Assembly (NCBI GenBank): GCA_964016885.1
Contig: OZ024752.1
Location: 49,848,001-49,912,000 of the forward strand
DNA: 64,000 nucleotides
Direction: 5' to 3'
From: Eledone cirrhosa
Taxonomy: Eukaryota
Made by a program: the position numbers and the translations under genes. Of this stretch, positions 56,897 through 64,000 are shown one piece after another (position 1 is the stretch's first letter; every line of letters starts with the position of its first letter). The notes below the pieces were generated by a model. That model was given only the letters and a program-made list of their open reading frames with translations, was not told the origin of the DNA and searched no databases.

Positions 56897-57045
56897 ATTA
56901 AACATTATATATATATATATATCTGAATATATTATTGTACATTAAACATTATATATATATATATATATATATCTGAATATATTATTGTACATTAAACATT
57001 ATATATATATATATATCCGAATAGAACCAGTTTAAAACTAGTTAG

Positions 57046-57152
57046 ACCATTACTCACCAGAGTACTCAATACTTGGGATAGTAGAGTATGGTTATATTAT
57101 AAAGCGTCGGGACCTGACAGCTGAGCCCTTGCCATTTCAACAGCTAGTTCCA
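57046..57152 (-). mobile_element. Diverged family B copy (single arm)
   Basis: Shares gaccat..caccagagtactcaatactt..gtagagt..gacagctgagc with the other copies. Confidence 0.55.
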
Positions 57153-57422
57153 GAAAAATAATTAGTTGCAACAGTGACATATACATGTACTTAAATTTCG
57201 TCGGGTTACACACCACAACTCATTCAGTCATAAAAAGAAAGATTTTCCTTTTATGACAGACATTTGTAATTATAATCACATTGTCCTACGGACTGAGTGC
57301 TCCTAATGCTTGGATATTTATGCCAAGTTTGCGCTACTGTATATATATATATATATATATTATTAATGTATGTGTATATGTGTGTGTATGTGTATGTATG
57401 TGTGTGTATATATGTATGTATG

Positions 57423-57501
<79 letters not shown>

Positions 57502-57551
57502 CTTTTCCTTTTTTATTTATTTATTTTTTTTTTATATTTTTTTTTTATTTT

Positions 57552-57599
<48 letters not shown>

Positions 57600-57859
57600 T
57601 TTTTCTTTTTTTTTTTTTTTCTTGTGCAATGGCCATACTCGATAACGAGGGGGCAGCCATCATATATATATATATATATATATATCATTCCATTGCAAAG
57701 TGGATGTGGAGGTGCCACCGAAAAAAGCACCCAGCACTCACTGTAAATGAGGTTGGTGTTAGGAAGGGCATCAAGCTCTAGAAATCAACCCAGAATCAGT
57801 TCTTGTCCCACCCTTGCAAGCAGGGAAAAGCGGACGTAAAATGATGATGATGATGATGA

Positions 57860-57924
<65 letters not shown>

Positions 57925-58351
57925 GACATTATATAAATATACCACACCTCCTTCGTTATATATATATATATAGAGAGAGACATTATATAAATATTGGCTC
58001 GTGTATATATATGTATATGTGTGTGTGTGTATGTACCTGTGTGTATGTGTGTATGTGTGCCTGTGTCTATCTATCTGCTTGTGTGTGTGTGTGTATGTGT
58101 GTATGTGTCTGTGTGTATATGTGTATATGTGTATATGTGTATATATGCCTGTCTCAGACTGTATGTATGTATAATAGCTATATATAGCTAAATACAACTG
58201 AACCACAGTTATATATACACATCTTATATTCTACAGAAAATTCAGTAGTTGAAAATATATTTAATATTTATAACATAATTAATATCTTAAAGACATCAAA
58301 TATTAATGACTTTTCATATTTATTAAACATTTCTTATTTATAAGAAACAGA

Positions 58352-58405
<54 letters not shown>

Positions 58406-58516
58406 GCTACTACTAATACTACTATTACCACTATCACCCCACGTCCACCACTACTACCACCACCACCTCCACCACTTTCATAGAACCACTCATTCTAAAG
58501 TTTTGGCTAGGTTCAT

Positions 58517-61500
58517 CTGAGGATACAGTAAAGACACTGGAGATGACCTGAAGATACAGTAAAGACACTAGAGATGACCTGAAGATACAGTAAAGACACT
58601 GGAGATGACCTGAAGATACAGTAAAGACACTGGAGATGACCTGAAGATACAGTAAAGACACTAGAGATGACCTGAAGATACAGTAAAGACACTAGAGATG
58701 ACCTGAAGATACAGTAAAGACACTAGAGATGACCTGAAGATACAGTAAAGACACTAGAGATGACCTGAAGATACAGTAAAGACACTAGAGATGACCTGAA
58801 GATACAGTAAAGACACTAGAGATGACCTGAAGATACAGTAAAGACACTAGAGATGACCTGAAGATACAGTAAAGACACTAGAGATGACCTGAAGATACAG
58901 TAAAGACACTAGAGATGACCTGAAGATACAGTAAAGACACTGGAGATGACCTGAAGATACAGTAAAGACACTGGAGATGACCTGAAGATACAGTAAAGAC
59001 ACTAGAGATGACCTGAAGATACAGTAAAGACACTAGAGATGACCTGAACATACAGTAAAGACACTAGAGATGACCTGAAGATACAGTAAAGACACTAGAG
59101 ATGACCTGAACATACAGTAAAGACACTAGAGATGACCTGAAGATACAGTAAAGACACTAGAGATGACCTGAAGATACAGTAAAGACACTAGAGATGACCT
59201 GAACATACAGTAAAGACACTAGAGATGACCTGAAGATACAGTAAAGACACTAGAGATGACCTGAAGATACAGTAAAGACACTAGAGATGACCTGAAGATA
59301 CAGTAAAGACACTAGAGATGACCTGAACATACAGTAAAGACACTAGAGATGACCTGAAGATACAGTAAAGACACTAGAGATGACCTGAAGATACAGTAAA
59401 GACACTAGAGATGACCTGAAGATACAGTTAAGACACTGGAGATGACCTGAAGATACAGTAAAGACACTGGAGATGACCTGAACATACAGTAAAGACACTA
59501 GAGATGACCTGAAGATACAGTAAAGACACTAGAGATGACCTGAAGATACAGTAAAGACACTGGAGATGACCTGAAGATACAGTAAAGACACTGGAGATGA
59601 CCTGAAGATACAGTAAAGACACTAGAGATGACCTGAAGATACAGTAAAGACACTAGAGATGACCTGAAGATACAGTTAAGACACTGGAGATGACCTGAAG
59701 ATACAGTAAAGACACTGGAGATGACCTGAACATACAGTAAAGACACTAGAGATGACCTGAAGATACAGTAAAGACACTAGAGATGACCTGAAGATACAGT
59801 AAAGACACTGGAGATGACCTGAAGATACAGTAAAGACACTGGAGATGACCTGAAGATACAGTAAAGACACTGGAGATGACCTGAACATACAGTAAAGACA
59901 CTAGAGATGACCTGAAGATACAGTAAAGACACTGGAGATGACCTGAAGATACAGTAAAGACACTGGAGATGACCTGAACATACAGTAAAGACACTAGAGA
60001 TGACCTGAAGATACAGTAAAGACACTAGAGATGACCTGAAGATACAGTAAAGACACTGGAGATGACCTGAACATACAGTAAAGACACTAGAGATGACCTG
60101 AAGATACAGTAAAGATACTGGAGATGACCTGAAGATACAGTAAAGACACTAGAGATGACCTGAAGATACAGTAAAGACACTGGAGATGACCTGAAGATAC
60201 AGTAAAGACACTGGAGATGACCTGAAGATACAGTAAAGACACTGGAGATGACCTGAAGATACAGTAAAGACACTGGAGATGACCTGAAGATACAGTAAAG
60301 ACACTGGAGATGACCTGAAGATACAGTAAAGACACTGGAGATGACCTGAAGATACAGTAAAGACACTGGAGATGACCTGAAGATACAGTAAAGACACTGG
60401 AGATGACCTGAAGATACAGTAAAGACACTGGAGATGACCTGAAGATACAGTAAAGATACTGGAGATGACCTGAAGATACAGTAAAGACACTGGACATGAC
60501 CTGAAGATACAGTAAAGACACTGGAGATGACCTGAAGATACAGTAAAGACACTGGAGATGACCTGAAGATACAGTAAAGACACTGGAGATGACCTGAAGA
60601 TACAGTAAAGACACTAGAGATGACCTGAAGATACAGTAAAGACACTAGAGATGACCTGAAGATACAGTAAAGACACTGGACATGACCTGAAGATACAGTA
60701 AAGACACTGGAGATGACCTGAAGATACAGTAAAGACACTAGAGATGACCTGAAGATACAGTAAAGACACTGGAGATGACCTGAAGATACAGTAAAGACAC
60801 TGGAGATGACCTGAAGATACAGTAAAGACACTGGAGATGACCTGAAGATACAGTAAAGACACTGGAGATGACCTGAAGATACAGTAAAGACACTGGAGAT
60901 GACCTGAAGATACAGTAAAGACACTGGAGATGACCTGAAGATACAGTAAAGACACTGGAGATGACCTGAAGATACAGTAAAGACACTGGAGATGACCTGA
61001 AGATACAGTAAAGACACTGGAGATGACCTGAAGATACAGTAAAGATACTGGAGATGACCTGAAGATACAGTAAAGACACTGGAGATGACCTGAAGATACA
61101 GTAAAGACACTATAGATGACCTGAACATACAGTAAAGACACTAGAGATGACCTGAAGATACAGTAAAGACACTATAGATGACCTGAACATACAGTAAAGA
61201 CACTGGAGATGACCTGAAGATACAGTAAAGACACTAGAGATGACCTGAAGATACAGTAAAGACACTAGAGATGACCTGAAGATACAGTAAAGATACTGGA
61301 GATGACCTGAAGATACAGTAAAGACACTGGAGATGACCTGAAGATACAGTAAAGACACTGGAGATGACCTGAAGATACAGTAAAGACACTAGAGATGACC
61401 TGAAGATACAGTAAAGACACTAGAGATGACCTGAAGATACAGTAAAGATACTGGAGATGACCTGAAGATACAGTAAAGACACTAGAGATGACCTGAAGAT

Positions 61501-64000
61501 ACAGTAAAGACACTAGAGATGACCTGAAGATACAGTAAAGATACTGGAGATGACCTGAAGATACAGTAAAGACACTGGAGATGACCTGAAGATACAGTAA
61601 AGACACTGGAGATGACCTGAAGATACAGTAAAGACACTAGAGATGACCTGAAGATACAGTAAAGACACTAGAGATGACCTGAAGATACAGTAAAGATACT
61701 GGAGATGACCTGAAGATACAGTAAAGACACTAGAGATGACCTGAAGATACAGTAAAGACACTAGAGATGACCTGAAGATACAGTAAAGATACTGGAGATG
61801 ACCTGAAGATACAGTAAAGACACTGGAGATGACCTGAAGATACAGTAAAGACACTGGAGATGACCTGAAGATACAGTAAAGACACTAGAGATGACCTGAA
61901 GATACAGTAAAGACACTGGAGATGACCTGAAGATACAGTAAAGACACTAGAGATGACCTGAAGATACAGTAAAGACACTAGAGATGACCTGAAGATACAG
62001 TAAAGATACTGGAGATGACCTGAAGATACAGTAAAGACACTGGAGATGACCTGAAGATACAGTAAAGACACTGGAGATGACCTGAAGATACAGTAAAGAC
62101 ACTAGAGATGACCTGAAGATACAGTAAAGACACTAGAGATGACCTGAAGATACAGTAAAGATACTGGAGATGACCTGAAGATACAGTAAAGACACTAGAG
62201 ATGACCTGAAGATACAGTAAAGACACTAGAGATGACCTGAAGATACAGTAAAGACACTGGACATGACCTGAAGATACAGTAAAGACACTGGACATGACCT
62301 GAAGATACAGTAAAGACACTGGACATGACCTGAAGATACAGTAAAGACACTGGACATGACCTGAAGATACAGTAAAGACACTGGACATGACCTGAAGATA
62401 CAGTAAAGATACTGGAGATGACCTGAAGATACAGTAAAGACACTGGACATGACCTGAAGATACAGTAAAGACACTGGAGATGACCTGAAGATTCAGTAAA
62501 GACACTGGACATGACCTGAAGATACAGTAAAGACACTGGACATGACCTGAAGATACAGTAAAGACACTGGAGATGACCTGAAGATACAGTAAAGACACTG
62601 GACATGACCTGAAGATACAGTAAAGACACTGGACATGACCTGAAGATACAGTAAAGACACTGGACATGACCTGAAGATACAGTAAAGATACTGGAGATGA
62701 CCTGAAGATACAGTAAAGACACTGGACATGACCTGAAGATACAGTAAAGACACTGGACATGACCTGAAGATACAGTAAAGACACTAGAGATGACCTGAAG
62801 ATACAGTAAAGACACTAGAGATGACCTGAAGATACAGTAAAGATACTGGAGATGACCTGAAGATACAGTAAAGACACTAGAGATGACCTGAAGATACAGT
62901 AAAGATACTGGACATGACCTGAAGATACAGTAAAGACACTGGAGATGACCTGAAGATACAGTAAAGACACTAGAGATGACCTGAAGATACAGTAAAGATA
63001 CTGGACATGACCTGAAGATACAGTAAAGACACTAGAGATGACCTGAAGATACAGTAAAGACACTAGAGATGACCTGAAGATACAGTAAAGATACTGGAGA
63101 TGACCTGAAGATACAGTAAAGACACTAGAGATGACCTGAAGATACAGTAAAGATACTGGACATGACCTGAAGATACAGTAAAGACACTAGAGATGACCTG
63201 AAGATACAGTAAAGACACTGGAGATGACCTGAAGATACAGTAAAGACACTGGAGATGACCTGAAGATACAGTAAAGATACTGGAGATGACCTGAAGATAC
63301 AGTAAAGACACTAGAGATGACCTGAAGATACAGTAAAGACACTAGAGATGACCTGAAGATACAGTAAAGACACTGGACATGACCTGAAGATACAGTAAAG
63401 ACACTGGAGATGACCTGAAGATACAGTAAAGACACTGGAGATGACCTGAAGATACAGTAAAGACACTAGAGATGACCTGAAGATACAGTAAAGACACTGG
63501 AGATGACCTGAAGATACAGTAAAGACACTGGAGATGACCTGAAGATACAGTAAAGACACTAGAGATGACCTGAAGATACAGTAAAGATACTGGAGATGAC
63601 CTGAAGATACAGTAAAGACACTAGAGATGACCTGAAGATACAGTAAAGATACTGGAGATGACCTGAAGATACAGTAAAGATACTGGAGATGACCTGAAGA
63701 TACAGTAAAGACACTAGAGATGACCTGAAGATACAGTAAAGACACTAGAGATGACCTGAAGATACAGTAAAGACACTGGAGATGACCTGAAGATACAGTA
63801 AAGACACTGGAGATGACCTGAAGATACAGTAAAGACACTGGAGATGACCTGAAGATACAGTAAAGACACTGGAGATGACCTGAAGATACAGTAAAGACAC
63901 TAGAGATGACCTGAAGATACAGTAAAGACACTAGAGATGACCTGAAGATACAGTAAAGATACTGGAGATGACCTGAAGATACAGTAAAGATACTGGAGAT
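58517..64000. repeat. 31-bp satellite array (~175 units), runs off the window end
   Basis: Unit ctgaagatacagtaaagacact(a/g)gagatgac with a few recurrent variants. Confidence 0.98.

Noticed and set aside
58434-63931. Long ORFs (up to 367 aa) and CRISPR-like regularity in the 31-bp array
   Set aside because: Head-to-tail satellite with no unique spacers and no cas genes; the ORFs are periodic artefacts.

Overview
AT-rich, microsatellite-dense eukaryotic DNA. The repeat content (tRNA-derived SINEs with CORE-like and RTE-like parts, CR1/RTE LINE ends, very long (TA)n/(CA)n tracts) points to an octopod cephalopod, by inference. Nearly all ORFs in the track are simple-repeat artefacts. Real content: (i) two phase-compatible minus-strand exons (41270-41357 and terminal exon 28897-29168) of an unidentified host gene, plus weaker exon candidates; (ii) many copies of a ~225-bp TTAA-flanked piggyBac-type MITE and two SINE families; (iii) CR1 and RTE LINE 3' ends; (iv) several minisatellites, many grown inside TEs, and a 31-bp satellite filling the last 5.5 kb. 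The main finding is a dense set of short non-coding elements, mostly inside (TA)n tracts, carrying type I hammerhead ribozyme (HHR) motifs from several unrelated families. Many are asymmetric fold-back palindromes: a short arm abutting (TA)n, an apex at or near the ribozyme, and a long arm with a ~65-115 nt tail. This resembles Penelope-like element (PLE) terminal repeats or retrozymes. A possible PLE Cys-linker coding remnant lies near 13.6-13.7 kb. There is also an unusual inverted twin tRNA-like cassette at 12.4-12.9 kb. All structures were read by eye and element boundaries are approximate.
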